A DNA stretch of 64,000 bases from Octopus sinensis (Eukaryota). Made by a program: the position numbers and the translations under genes. Below are positions 1 to 12,998 of the stretch, in pieces (within the stretch, counting starts at the first letter, position 1; each line of letters opens with the position of its first letter). The notes beneath the pieces were generated by a model. The model searched no databases. It saw only the letters and a program-made list of their open reading frames with translations, and was not told the origin of the DNA. The stretch is taken from contig NW_021832284.1 of NCBI RefSeq assembly GCF_006345805.1, forward strand, positions 1-64,000, read 5' to 3'.

Positions 1-461
1 GCTCTCACCGCATCTCGGGCAGGTCGGCCCGGTGTTTCTCGAGCCATGCCTATAGAGCTTATCCCGAACGGGTAGCGCTTCTCGGTAGCACCGCCAGGCC
101 AGGGATCTCTGGAAATTGTCCATAGGTCCCGGCCCGAAAGTCATTTCAAACAGGCTGGTCAGGTATTTTTGAAACGACTTTCGGGCCGGGACCTATGGAC
201 AACTTCCAGAGATCCCTGGCCTGGGGTGCTACCGAATAGCGCTACCCGTTCAGGATAAGCTCTATAGGCATGGGTCGAGAAACACAGGGACGACCTGCCC
301 GAGATGCGGTCAGAGCGACGAAACCGTTCTGCACGCGATCGTGCATTGTCCAACAATCTCCGACCTGTGGGCTTATGTCGAACGACTGCTGTCACGTGTG
401 GGACGTGTCGGTTTATCAGCCAAGTCTGATAAACCGACACGTCCCACACGTGACAGCAGTC
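1..461 (+). mobile_element. Tx1/L1-clade LINE fragment (C-terminal Zn-finger region) with two fold-backs
   Basis: CPRCGQSDETVLHAIVHC; same family as 36225-37808; inverted arms 1-150/168-316 and 384-419/426-461. Confidence 0.8.
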
Positions 462-529
<68 letters not shown>

Positions 530-530
530 G

Positions 531-901
531 AGATAAGAAAAGAAATAGAACAACAATTAACAATTAGACGTTGAGCATTTGTATTAAATGGTCAAAATTT
601 AATTATAGCTAAAATAACATTAACAGCTGTTACATTTTGTTATTTTTGAGGTAGATTTGCATTTATCTCGTTCCATATAACAAGCATCGTCAGAATGATT
701 TGGAGTTTATCAGAGGAATATTGATAGGAGGAAAAAGGAAAAAGGAAAAGAAAAAAGAAAAAGGGAAAAAAGTTACATTTTTGTTTCCTCTAAAGGTTGC
801 TCGTGTGTGTACATTTATTTTAGCTATAATTAAACTGTGACCATTTAATACCAATGATCAACTTCTAATTGTTAATTGTTGCCCCATTTCTTTTCTTATC
901 T
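531..901. mobile_element. MITE-like element with ~95 bp terminal inverted repeats
   Basis: agataagaaaagaaat...tagctaaaataa at the left is the reverse complement of 808-901. Confidence 0.6.
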
Positions 902-1666
902 GAATATATTAAACCACAGTTTACCATTAAAAGTTACCAATTACTATTAACCTTATAGCAAGGCCTCTACATAGTTAGGTAATACACCAGTAATGCCTAC
1001 GGATACATTTATCCCTTAGACAGTTGCATATTATTTTCATCAACAAGATAAGTAACGTTTTTTATTTAACAATATTATTTAACTTTTGATCGTATTAAGT
1101 TTGATTATTATTATTTTTATTATTGTTGTTGTTGTTGTTAAAATATATTGTTGTTAAAAAATTATATATAATTTCTTGATAATTATTAGTTATGATAAGT
1201 ATATCTATATATTTATTATGCTTTATTATAATTTTTTAGTGTGATTTAACCTATTACATATAATTTAACTTGAGAATTAGTTTTGTAAGACAATACATTA
1301 TTTAATAGTTAGATGGTCTATTTATTACGTAGTATTACATTTAAGTAAACTAGTTTAAGATAAATCGATATTTTGGTTAACTATTTTATTGAGTAAAATA
1401 TTAAATCTATAGATACTATTTATATATTAATAATATAGTTAGTTTATCTAATAGGTGTGAACTATTTCTTATTTTTTATACTAATATTTATAGCTTGTAC
1501 TAACATTATGTATATTACTTAACATTAAAGTTTTTAATATAAATTACTTAATGAGTATAAAATTATATTTAGATATTTATTAAATAAATTAATTAATTAA
1601 TAATTTAATTTAATGAATATAGTTTAAATTATAGTATTTAGTTTTCACTTAATGTATATTTTGTAT

Positions 1667-1734
<68 letters not shown>

Positions 1735-1859
1735 TACTTGGAGGAAAGAAACGAACCGACGCGAGGGCGCTCAGTCATATAATAACAATTTAATAAATTA
1801 AATATATGCATGCATGCATACATATATGTACGTACCTAAATCTATATGTATATATACAA

Positions 1860-1915
<56 letters not shown>

Positions 1916-2450
1916 TATATATATGAGTACAGGACACCACAAATAAACGTAGAACACAACGAGAAAGGAAAACATAAAAACAAACTAGGAAACGGACTTT
2001 TTTTAACAACGAAAAAACAGAGTACAAGACAAACAATACAAGGAATATTCCCCTTCATCAGCTGTCCCTGGCTCGACTCAATGCGTTTGTCGAAGGTAAG
2101 GACAGAACTCGATCCGGCCGAAGCAGTCCTTCCTGCAAAATGAATTAAATAAAATTCTTTTGCAGAGGGGTAAAACAAAGAAAGAAAAAAAGTGACAAGA
2201 GCAGGAAGTAAAAGCAATACAAATAAAAATACAGTACACATAAAGAATAAAAACAGGACAATGAAACCAACATTGAGGGCTATTTTGTAAGCCTAGACGA
2301 TGGAAAAAAAGATATATATATATATTTCAAATATTTTAATTAATTTTATCTTATTTTTTAAACGAGAATATATTTGTTAAGATATTCCGTATTTTACAAG
2401 ATTATTTATATGTATTAATTAATTTATCTAATTAATTATTTTATTGTTGT

Positions 2451-2562
2451 TATCTTTAACCTGAAGAGAGACTATATTTATATTGAAGTGATTTTACTAC
2501 TACTACTATTAGTATTACTATTATCATTTCTTAAATATAGCCACGAAACACGTGTCGATATT
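2451..2562 (+). ncRNA. Degenerate type I hammerhead ribozyme motif in a TA-flanked repeat
   Basis: CTGAAGA-G...(stem II ctatattta/taaatatag)...C-GAAA-CACGTG-TC; stem III is the perfect palindrome ACACGTGT; stem I is eroded. Confidence 0.55.
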
Positions 2563-2849
2563 CTACCATATATATGCGTTTTATTTATTATTTTGCACAT
2601 TACTTAATCATTGTTATATGTTTTATCTTATATTTAATCTTTCTATAATATGTAATTTTTCTAAATGGCGTAATTTAATTTTTCATTATTGAATTGATAA
2701 AAGGTGCTTTTTCTAATTTATATATATATATATATATATATATGTTATATTTTTGGAAATTTGATTTAGTATTTCTAAATTGAACTTACCCTGTAAGATT
2801 TTACCTTGATCGCTCCAGCTTTCTTTTTTGTGTTATAGAATAAAAATGA

Positions 2850-3840
2850 GCGCTCCACTAGCACTGTGCACCAGGGAAGAACAGAAATCAGTGATCCGAT
2901 TTCTCTGAAGTTGTGGTAGGGGCTGAAATTCATCGCAGGCTTTCAGTACAATATGGGGACTTCTCGAGAAGTCTAAAAATTGCCAAACAAGAATGAAACA
3001 CGAAGAGGGAGAAGGGTGCCAATAACCTCCATCGCTAAAGTGAAGATTTCAAGAGCTCAAGAGATGGTTCTGGCATACTGACGAGTGAACATTGATGAGG
3101 TGGCATGTTCTCTACAAATTAGTCATGGTTCTGCATACGAAATTATCCACGGCAAACTTCGCTTCTGTAAGGTTTGTGCGACATGGGTGCCAAGATAGCT
3201 TGCAGAAGTGCATAAACGGAGTTTGTGGATATCTGCCAACGCTTACTCAACTGCTACAACGATGAAGGGAAAGTGTTTTTTGGAAAGAGCCACGGATGAG
3301 ACTTTGATTCAGAATCGAAACAGCAGAGTATAGAGTAGAGACACCCAAAATCACAAGCGTAAAAGACATTAAAAACTCAAACTTCCAAAGAATAAATTAC
3401 ATTAACTGTTTTTTTATGTGTAAAAGGGCCTATGCAAGAACATTACCTGGAAAGTGGGTCTACAGTCGCCAGTAACAGTAGAATGTTAGTCAACAAATTG
3501 AAACCAGTAATTTGCACCAAACGCCGAGGTCTACCATCAAATAAGTTTTATTGTAGCACGACAATTCACGCCCACCCCATATACGGCCGCCCACACCATT
3601 GAAACCATTGAAAAATTTTATTTTTAGCTGCTGGAAAACCCTGCATACACTCCAGATCTCTCCCCTTCCGTTAATCACCTCTTTTGGGTCGCCCAAACAT
3701 CCTTTACGAGTTCGTCGATTTGCTGTGAAGAAGAGCAAGAAGCGACGCATGAATGGCTGCGTGACCAGCCGAAAGTCTTCGATAGAATAAGCAAGTTGTG
3801 AACCGCTAGAAGTGCATTGAAAAGACAGGAGTGAATACAA
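2850..3840 (+). mobile_element. Degenerate mariner transposase remnant
   Basis: EQKSVIRFL, DEVACSLQISHGSAYEIIH, KVCATWVPR, HDNSRP, YTPDLSPS across broken frames. Confidence 0.8.
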
Positions 3841-6293
3841 GTGTCCATATGATTTTTGACTCACCCTCGCGTAAGGGCGTGCACATATATGCGTGAATGT
3901 GTGTACATAAAGGTTTCATTTTGCTTGCACTGTATTGCAGAACATTCGCTTCATCAAATTGGACGTAGATTAAAATGATTTCGATGCCTTCCGAGAGTCC
4001 CGTGTGCTTTTGGCTCGCATGCTTTGCTACGGTTGTGTTAATCACATAACCATGAAGAATCGACCTAGGCTTCTCTCTGCAGTTTACCAATTCTATAATT
4101 ACTAATATTTCTTACCCCAACCAACACTGAAGAGCATTGTTGAATCTAGCTAATACGAAACCTAACGTACTAATTATTATAAAGATACACTGGTTATTTT
4201 GTTTTCAAGAGATCTCTTTACTACTTTTCGTGGTTGTAATAGCTGGTCTGTGTTCTTACAACAGTGAGTAACCCACTAAAGGGCAAATGTTTCCCTTTAA
4301 GTTTTATCAACTTCCGAAGATCAGTTCTTTGAGCTTATGCTTCATCCCCCATCTACTCAATTTCACTCAGAGAATAAGGGTTACCAAAATCACTTCGTAA
4401 TAGTATATTTTATGGCATACAAATCGACGTAATATATAGTGTAAATATATAGTGTAAACATTCAAACATCGACACTATTTTCCCAGATAATGTTGCATTT
4501 CACATAGAATGTTTTGTCTTCCAAATTCATCTTTGCTTATAAGTTGGCCTACTCATTTTAGCAGTAAATTCTGGTCCGCAAAAGTTCAATTTGTATATCG
4601 GAAAATAGTACAGCCTGTTAGTAATTTTACTTAGTAAAACCTTGGGGCTTTTTTATGCCATTACAAATAAATATATTTGTATGTATTAATATATATTCGT
4701 GTATACAACATGTGATACACTCCTGTATTTTGGGAGCGTACGTGAATGTTTCTTATCAATTATGGGATTTCAACAGATTCTGAACGTGTGTAAAGTCCAT
4801 GAAATTACAAGTTCGTAAAATATTTTGCAAATTGTGTGATGCCTTGTAGATGTGTTATGCGTATGTATAGTATACCTGTTGAATTTAGAACTGCCGTACA
4901 AGCTACTAGAAGTAAATGTTTGTTATGCGTATTGTTCTTAAAATCAATATCATGTCTTAAATTTATCCTTGTTGGATATGTGGCAAGGTGGACGAGGGTG
5001 TCTTGCTTGAAAATTCGTCGTTTAAATTGTTGTTTGTGCATACAGAGAGAGCGGTTTACATCCCTAAATTTCAAAATGTTCGCTGTTGAAGTTATGCTTT
5101 TTTCTCTGATATAGATATACAGATTTCGTCTACTGCCTCATCCCTTGTATTTGCTGAGCTTAGATATGATACTCAATTTAATTTGGGTAGGTTGTCGACG
5201 TTTCATGCCATATTAGGCAAAGAGATTAGCATCCCTTTTATTCTTATATCTAAACGAACCCAAATGGTGTGTCTCTCGCTTTGAAGGTATTTCCTGTCAT
5301 TCCAATGTGTGTGTATATATATGCGTGGGTATCCGTGTATATATATATATAAATTAAATTAGAGATAAAACCACTATTAGGCAAATCAAACAGTGAAAAA
5401 CATAAACCAAAACATAAAAATAAAAATAATTAATATAATTTACAAAATATATAAAATATGAAATTTAGAATTTAAAAAATTTTAATTATTTAAATTTAAA
5501 ATTATTATTTATATTTTATTTAAAAGCAGCAGAAATATAACAAAAGCTGTTACTCAGAGTTTCACGTTCCCATTCGTCGGAGTAACAGCTTTTGTTATAT
5601 TTCTGCTGCTTTTAAATAAAGCATATTACTCTACCTCTGGTATTTGAGTACTCTTTATTCCACCTTATTTCACATTTATGTGGTTACTCCGCTATATATA
5701 TATATATATATATATATAGATATATATATATATATACCATACTGGTTTCAACAAATTTGGGGTTTGCGCTGATAAGGAAGAAATTGAAGATAAGCAAGAA
5801 AGTTCAGTAAAACATGATTAAAACATCAAATGTTCATACAAATACCAATATTCAATAAATTTAGAAAATGATAAAGGTTCAAATATTTGATGAATTGCAT
5901 ATCGATTATATTTGATTGAGTTCAGTAGCTTCCAATAACTTATATTAACAAGTGGTTATGATGATGTATGGACATTTGATTTTTAAGCGTGTTTTACCAA
6001 ATTTATTCTTATACTTTCAATCTCTATGAAACTTTATTGTGTACCATTGAAAATTGGATGCAAAAATTTGTTAAAACCGCTATGGTAGTTTAATAAGCGT
6101 ATTAAAAATAGTTATACTAACAAGTAGATACTATTAAATTTTAAAACTGAACATTGGAGTTTGTTTGAATATTTCATTTTTAAACCAGTTTTACCGATTT
6201 TTCTAGGGTATCTTCAGTATCTCTTAAACAGTTTTTCTTTACTATTGACAAGCAAAGCATTGTTGAAACGGGTATGGTATTATAATACGTTTT

Positions 6294-7185
6294 GAAGGCG
6301 GCGCTCTGGCAGAAACGTTAGCACGCCGGGTGAAATTCTTGGCGGTATTTTGTCTGCCGTTACGTTCTGAGTTCAAATTCCGCCGAGATCGACTTTGCCT
6401 TTCATCCATCCGGGATCGATAAATGAAGTACCAGTTGTCCCCTCTGTGTTTGGCCCCTTGTGGGTAGTAAAGAAATAGGTATTTCGTCTGCCGTTACGTT
6501 CTGAGTTCAAATTCCGTGGAGGTCGACTATGCCATTCATCTTTTCGGGGTCGATTAAATAAGTACCAGTTACGCACTGGGGTCGATGTAATCGACTTAAT
6601 CCGTTTGTCTGTCCTTGTTTGTTCCCTCTGTGTGTAGCCCTTTGTGGACAGTAAAGAAATAAGAATCGTTAGCACGCTGGGCGAAATGCTTAGCGGTATT
6701 TTGTCTGCCGTTACGTTCTGAGTTCAAATTCCGCCGGGTCGACTTTGCCTTTCATCCATCCGGGATCGATAAATGAAGTACCAGTTACGCACTGAGGTCG
6801 ATATAATCGACTTAATCCCTTTGTCTTTCCTTGCTTGTCCCCTCTGTGTTTGGCCCCTTGTGGGTTGTAAAGAAATAGGTATTTCGTCTTCCGTTACGTT
6901 CTGAGTTCAAATTCCGTGGAGGTCGACTGTGCCTTTCATCATTTCGGGGTCGATTAAATAAGTACCAGTTACGCACTGGGGTCGATGTAATCGACTTAAT
7001 CCGTTTGTCTGTCCTTGTTTGTCCCCTCTGTGTGTAGCCCTTTGTGGGCAATAAAGCAATAAGAATCGTTACCACGCCGGGCGAAATGCTTAGCGCTATT
7101 TTTTCTGTGCTTACGTTCTGAGTTGGAATTCCGCCGAGGTCGATTTTTCCTTTTGAGGTGGATAAAATAAGTACCAGTTGAGCAA
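6294..7185 (+). mobile_element. Head-to-tail array of five SINE copies (400-bp dimer period)
   Basis: Repeated ttacgttctgagttcaaattcc...agtaccagtt; same family at 26652-26881(-), 43570-43803 and 51160-51386. Confidence 0.85.
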
Positions 7186-7479
7186 CGTTACTCATGGATA
7201 TGAGTATAAAAGCTGCACACCTCTGCCAAGTCATGTCAATCCAGTGTGCCAGAATACGATCACCAAACCAGTATGTTCTCAAGTTCAAAATCACGGCCTC
7301 CACCTCAGACCGTGGTTGTTGGAGAGAACATGCTGAGGCCTTCGTCCTTCATGTGGACTGAACATGGCCAAAGAAAAAAAAGAAAGAATACGATTTATCA
7401 GTTGAAGCTTAAGCATTCGATCGTAATTTTAACAAGATCGATAGAACAAGAGAATCGATGACCCAACTCCCCTATCACT

Positions 7480-7810
7480 AAAAGGGTAAAGACCCACTTC
7501 AGTTATGACTGACCATGGGATTGTACCTACAAAGTCACCCTCCGAGGCACAAGTCCGGGCAAGGTTTTTATGGAAGACCAGCAGTCACCCATGCATACCA
7601 GCCTCCTCCTCTCCACACCACAAAGGAAAGGGAAAGGCCGATACAGCTTGGTGTCAGTGACGTGGCAACTCATTGCTACAGCTGAGTGAACTGGAGCAAC
7701 CTGAAATAAAGTGTCTTGCTCAAGAGCACAACACACAGCCCTCGTCAGGAATCGAACTCACTACTTCATGATTGTGAGTCCGATGCTCTAACCATTGACC
7801 CATGCGCTGC
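7480..7810 (-). mobile_element. tRNA-derived SINE
   Basis: A/B-box-like head (ttagagcatcggac...gagttcgattcc) followed by a conserved core. Confidence 0.65.
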
Positions 7811-8036
7811 AACAATAAGCAATATATTATGGACAACTAAGGATTAAGTACTTACGAGCTGTTACGTGAAAAACAATACAAAATCTAGGTAAATATATAA
7901 AAACACGAAACAACAAATTATTTGTTGCGTGATTATAAATCGATATTTATCGGAAATAAACAATCTGCCGGAATGCAAAACACAAGTTTTATATAAATAT
8001 AAATATATTTGCGCACGCATGTGTGTTTGTGGGTGC

Positions 8037-8071
<35 letters not shown>

Positions 8072-8137
8072 GTGTGTGTGTGTGTGTTGTGTGTGTGTGT
8101 GTGTATGCGTAAATAGGGAACAGCTTTTCTTTTGCAC

Positions 8138-8553
8138 AGGCGCAGGAGTGGCTGTGTGGTAAGTAGCTTGTTTACCAACCACATGGTTCCGGATTCAGTC
8201 CCACTGCGTGGCACCTTGGGCAAGTGTCTTCTACTATAGCCTCGGACCGACCAAAGCCTTGTGAGTGGATTTGGTAGACGGAAACTGAAAGAAGCCCGTC
8301 GAATGTATGTATATATATATATGCGTGTGTGTGTTTGTGTGTCTGTGTTTGTCCCCCTAGCATTGCTTGACAACCGATGCTGGTGTGTTTATGTCCCCGT
8401 TACTTAGCGGTTCGGCAAAGGAGCCCGATAGGATAAGTACAGGGCTTACAAAAGATTAAGTCCCGGGGTCGAGTGGCTCGATTAAAGGAGGTGCTCCAGC
8501 ATGGCCGCAGTCAAATGACTGAAACTAATAAAAGAGTAAAGAGAGAGTAAAGA
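8138..8553 (+). mobile_element. tRNA-derived SINE with internal microsatellite (family also at 9010-9442(-) and 16260-16668)
   Basis: ggcgcaggagtggctgtgtggtaag head; gagtaaa tail. Confidence 0.85.
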
Positions 8554-9009
8554 GATATAATATTCAAAAACACGACTATGTTCATGTTTGATGTTTTTTG
8601 TGTATACATATGTATATATGTTCATGTTTGATGTTTTTTTGATGGTTTTTGTTTGTGTATATATGTCGTAAATCTTTATGAGTTCTTTATGTTTGGTCCG
8701 GAACAACAGCGATTGTTAATCCTATAGTTTCATACTCCGAGCCTTTTTTGATCGTCTTAATCTTAAAATAAACTATTGTAATGGCGTGTTGTCCGTATGT
8801 TCTACACAAAGTTGAAAAACGTCTTGGCAATAATTTTATAACTGATAAAATTATTAACTCCGGATTTAAAATTATACACCGTTAAATCCAGATGAATTTC
8901 AAGATATGATTTTTTTAACACTTTTTTTATTATTTTTCATTATATATTTTTAAGTGTTAAGCATTTGTGTGCTTAATTTATTGAGTATTTCGCTATTTTT
9001 ATTCTTTTT

Positions 9010-9247
9010 TACTTTTACTCTTTTATTTGTTTCAGTCACTTGACTGCGGCCATGCTGGAGCACCAGCTTTAGTCGAGCAAATCGACCCCAGGACTTATTC
9101 TTTGTAAGCCTAGTACTTATTCTATCAGTGTCTCTTGCCGAACCGCTAAGTTACGGGGACGTAAACACACCAGAATCGGTTGTCAAGTGATGTTGGGGGG
9201 ACAAACACAGACACATAAACATACACACACACACACAAACGTACACT

Positions 9248-9281
<34 letters not shown>

Positions 9282-9442
9282 CGACGGGCTTCTCTCAGTT
9301 TCCATCTACCAAATCCACTCACAAGGCTTTGGTCTGCCCGAGGCAATACTAGAAGACACTTGCCCAATGTGCCACGCAGTCGGACTAACCCGGAACTATG
9401 TGGTTCGTAAGCAAGCTCCTTACCACACAGTCACTCCTGCGT
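9010..9442 (-). mobile_element. SINE, same family as 8138-8553, inverted
   Basis: Reverse-complement match along its length. Confidence 0.85.
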
Positions 9443-10048
9443 TCTTATTAGTAAAGTTGCTGCAATTATTCTTATTTATTGTGTAATTTGATATAAAAAT
9501 GCATGTGCTGTGAACTAACAGACTACATTATAATGAGTTTAAATGGCTCCTTGTTTTAAATGTATGGACTAGCAGCAGGAAGCATCGCCCTTGTTTGTCT
9601 GACGTAGGCATGTGACTTATGTAAATTACATCATTTTGGTCCCTATGAATTCGTCACAACGGCGAACAAAAAGAAAGCTGAGAGACATAACCATGTAAGA
9701 AGATGCAGAGGTCTTGCAAGGACAATTCTTCATGGAAGCAAAGTTAAGAAAAAAGAAGAAAGGCAGACAAAGGTTAAATATAAAGGATATTAAAGATTAA
9801 ATTATATATAATGATAGAGACTACTTATATGCACTAAATGTATGTTTTTGCCAATGCTTACACTAATTTAAACTTTAATTTCCTTTATATTTAACATTCA
9901 CTATTGGTATCACTACTCTTTCTGTTAGCTACTTATGACGTTATATCATATAACGTTTTTTTTAACAATATTAATAGTGTTCTGTCTATCGCTATACAAA
10001 TCCATCATTTTTTGCTAAAATGTCTTATTGACGAGTTTCGCTTTTTTC

Positions 10049-10134
10049 ACTTTTCTGAGGAGGAGATTGCATTGTTTATACCATTTATTCTTTTGAATAG
10101 TATCAGTGGAATTTTCGAAACATGTGTCGAAAGT
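10049..10134 (+). ncRNA. Type I hammerhead ribozyme in the 5' pLTR (predicted cleavage after C10128)
   Basis: Stem I ACTTTT/GAAAGT, CTGAGGA, stem II GGAGATT/AATTTTC, GAAA, short stem III, GUC triplet. Confidence 0.8.
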
Positions 10135-10388
10135 AAAAATATTTGATTACACCTGCGTTAAACTCCATTTATTTATTCATATATTATTCAAAATATTCCA
10201 CGTAAACACGAAGTTTCTACCTTTATAAACAAGGAGTTACAACATCTTTACTTGTGCGATTTTTGCTACCCTGGTAACTATTTATTTATTTTTTCCGTGT
10301 TAATTGTTAACAAGGTAAAATACACTCATCTATTTATAATACTTTAATCAGGTTTATTAATAACCTGCTAACTGAAGAGTTACAGCAT

Positions 10389-12709
10389 ATGGAGTTATTG
10401 AATATTAACGCATCTCTTAAGGACATTCCTATTCCACCTAAGAATGTTTTCCTTAAACAACTTGTCAATAAGATAAATTCATTCATCAACCGAATAAGAT
10501 GGCTTACCTTTTTCTTTGACAAAAATGACACTCAACAACATGCTAATGATAAAACATCTGAGTTCAACAAGTTATTTAAATTTAAAAATAGTCCACCGCT
10601 TAACCCAAGATTGAAGCAATTTGAATATGATCTCTGGTCCATTGTAAGACATGTAAATTTTCAACGATCAACACTAAGAAATAAACATCTGAGGTATCTT
10701 CGCAACATCACCAAAGAAATCAATTCTATGGATACTATGTTGGTTCAATCTGATAAGACTGGAAATCTATACATACTTGATAAAGACTATTATTTGGAAT
10801 TACTTAAAAAAGAAATTCAGAAAAAGTATAAAATTGCTGATAAAAGAATACTTAAGAAAGCCAACATTGAGGCTATGAAAATCATGGTGAAATATAACCT
10901 ACAAATGAAGACAGAACCACTTGATCCTAAGCTACCTCGGTTCATTTTGAAGGATCGCAAACTAAATTTTTTTACTAACCCATCATTAAGGCTTATCTGC
11001 CCTTCTAGCTCTGACATCGGTATCCTTAGTAAAAATATGCTAGATAAATATATTCCTAATTTAATCAAACATTAAAACTTAGTTTATGGACTAATTCGTT
11101 TGAAGTAGTTAACTGGTTTAGTTCTATTACCAATAAGGTGAGTACTAAGTTTATCCAGTTTGATATTTCTAATTTTTATTCATCTATCAATCCAATAGTA
11201 CTTAATAAGGCTCTTTGGCTTGCTCATAACAAAGCTGGTCTCACCCGAGAAGAAATTAATGTTGTGTTGGCAGCCAGAAGATCTATTATTAAATTTGATG
11301 GTAAGTTGTGGGTCCGTAAAGACACACCAGATAGTTTCGATATACCAATGGGAAGTTCTGATTCAGCACAGATAGCTGATTTGGTCTGTATATATATTCT
11401 TTTTGAAATGGCTGAAGAGTTCCCTAACATTTATGGAGGTCTATATCGTGATGATTGTTTACCTCCAAAATGTTTCCAACCAAAAGGTACAAAAAGTTAA
11501 GAATAGTTTAGTTAATTTTTTCAGTAGAATGGGCTTAAAATCGTTTTTGATGACGATATGACGAAGGCCAACTTTTTAGATATTACACTTAATTTACACA
11601 GTGACACTTACTTCCCATATCGTAAACCGTTAACCAATCTAAAGTACATTAGCAAATTTAGTAATCATCCTGGAGCAATTACTAAGAACTTAGTTAAGAA
11701 TATTTCATTTAGATTATCTAAATTATCTGCTAATGTTGATATTTTCAATAATAACGCTAAATTCTATAACTCTGCCTTAATTAAAGCAAGTTATACAGAG
11801 AAGATTTTCTACATTGATTCTGCTCAGTCTAATTGTAAATTCAATAATGTAGATAAGATTTCTAGTCGTAAAAGAATTATTGATTACAAACATAAATTAC
11901 GCACCGATACAAAGCGAATGAAGGCAGATAACCCTTATTTAATCCCCTATTATCGATCTAAAAGTAAATATAACACCTTCAAAAGTAATTACGCTATGAA
12001 TACTAGTAAAAATATTTGGTTAATAATTCCTTACAGGAGACAAATTAAATCTAATCTCCCACTGCTGTTTCGTCAAGCTTTTGCTGGGAATTTTCCAAAC
12101 AATTCTAAATATTACTCTACTATCAATTCACATAAGGTTAGGATAGGTTTTTCAAACACAAAAAATCTCTTGCAAATTATCTCTTCACATAATAACAAAC
12201 TGTTAATTATTAATACATTTACAAATACTAACATTAATTTAGCTAATACCATCCAACCCTCTAGAAATATTAATAACAAGGTTATTGTATCTGAAGTCAA
12301 TTCCAATAGAATTAAGTTTATGTCAAGTAACTCTAAGATTAAAAATTCTATATACCAGTGTATAATCAGTACTCGTAATAAAGTACGATTTTACATTGGA
12401 ATCACATCGTTAGAGTTATCTAAGAGAATTTCTATTCATTACTCAACATTTAGGGATAGAAATAAACGTAATAGTACCGGTCTCAGCAAACTGATTTGGG
12501 ATTTAAAAGACCACAATGAACAATTTCATTTAGAATAGTTGATTCTCTCAATTTCGATACCATATGACAAAGGCAAGGAATTCTGTCTTCTCTGCAATTC
12601 TGAGCTATTTTTCATTATTTTTTTCTAAAAAATACTCTAGTAAACACGGTTATAGAGCAAGCCTACAGATGTAAGCATTGGCAAAAACATACATTTAGTG
12701 AATATAAGT
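10389..12709 (+). pseudogene. Penelope RT/GIY-YIG ORF broken by frameshifts (~11073, ~11460, ~12620) and TAG stops
   Basis: ORF-track pieces 10389-11075, 11138-11500 and 11558-12538 join into one PLE protein. Confidence 0.88.
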
Positions 12710-12912
12710 AGCCTCTATCATTATATATAATTGAAACTTTAATTTCCTTTATATTTAACATTCACTATTAATATCCCTACTCTTTCTGTTAGCTACTTAT
12801 GACGTTATATCATATAACGTTTTTTTAAACAATATTAATAGCGTTCTGTCTATCGCTATACAAATCCATCATTTTTTGCTAAAATGTCTTAGTGACGAGT
12901 TTCGCTTTTTTC

Positions 12913-12998
12913 ACTTTCCTGAGGAGAAGATTGCATTGTTTATACCATGTATTCTTTTGAATAGTATCAGTGGAATTTTCGAAACATGTGTCGAAAGT
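12913..12998 (+). ncRNA. Type I hammerhead ribozyme in the 3' pLTR (predicted cleavage after C12992)
   Basis: Stem I ACTTTC/GAAAGT perfect, CTGAGGA, stem II GAAGATT/AATTTTC, GAAA-C-ATGT-G-TC. Confidence 0.85.

Noticed and set aside
2040-2130. Minus-strand CTGATGA plus upstream gacaaac as a type II hammerhead
   Set aside because: The GAAA and cleavage-site geometry could not be built, and the related copy near 17200 does not keep the core.
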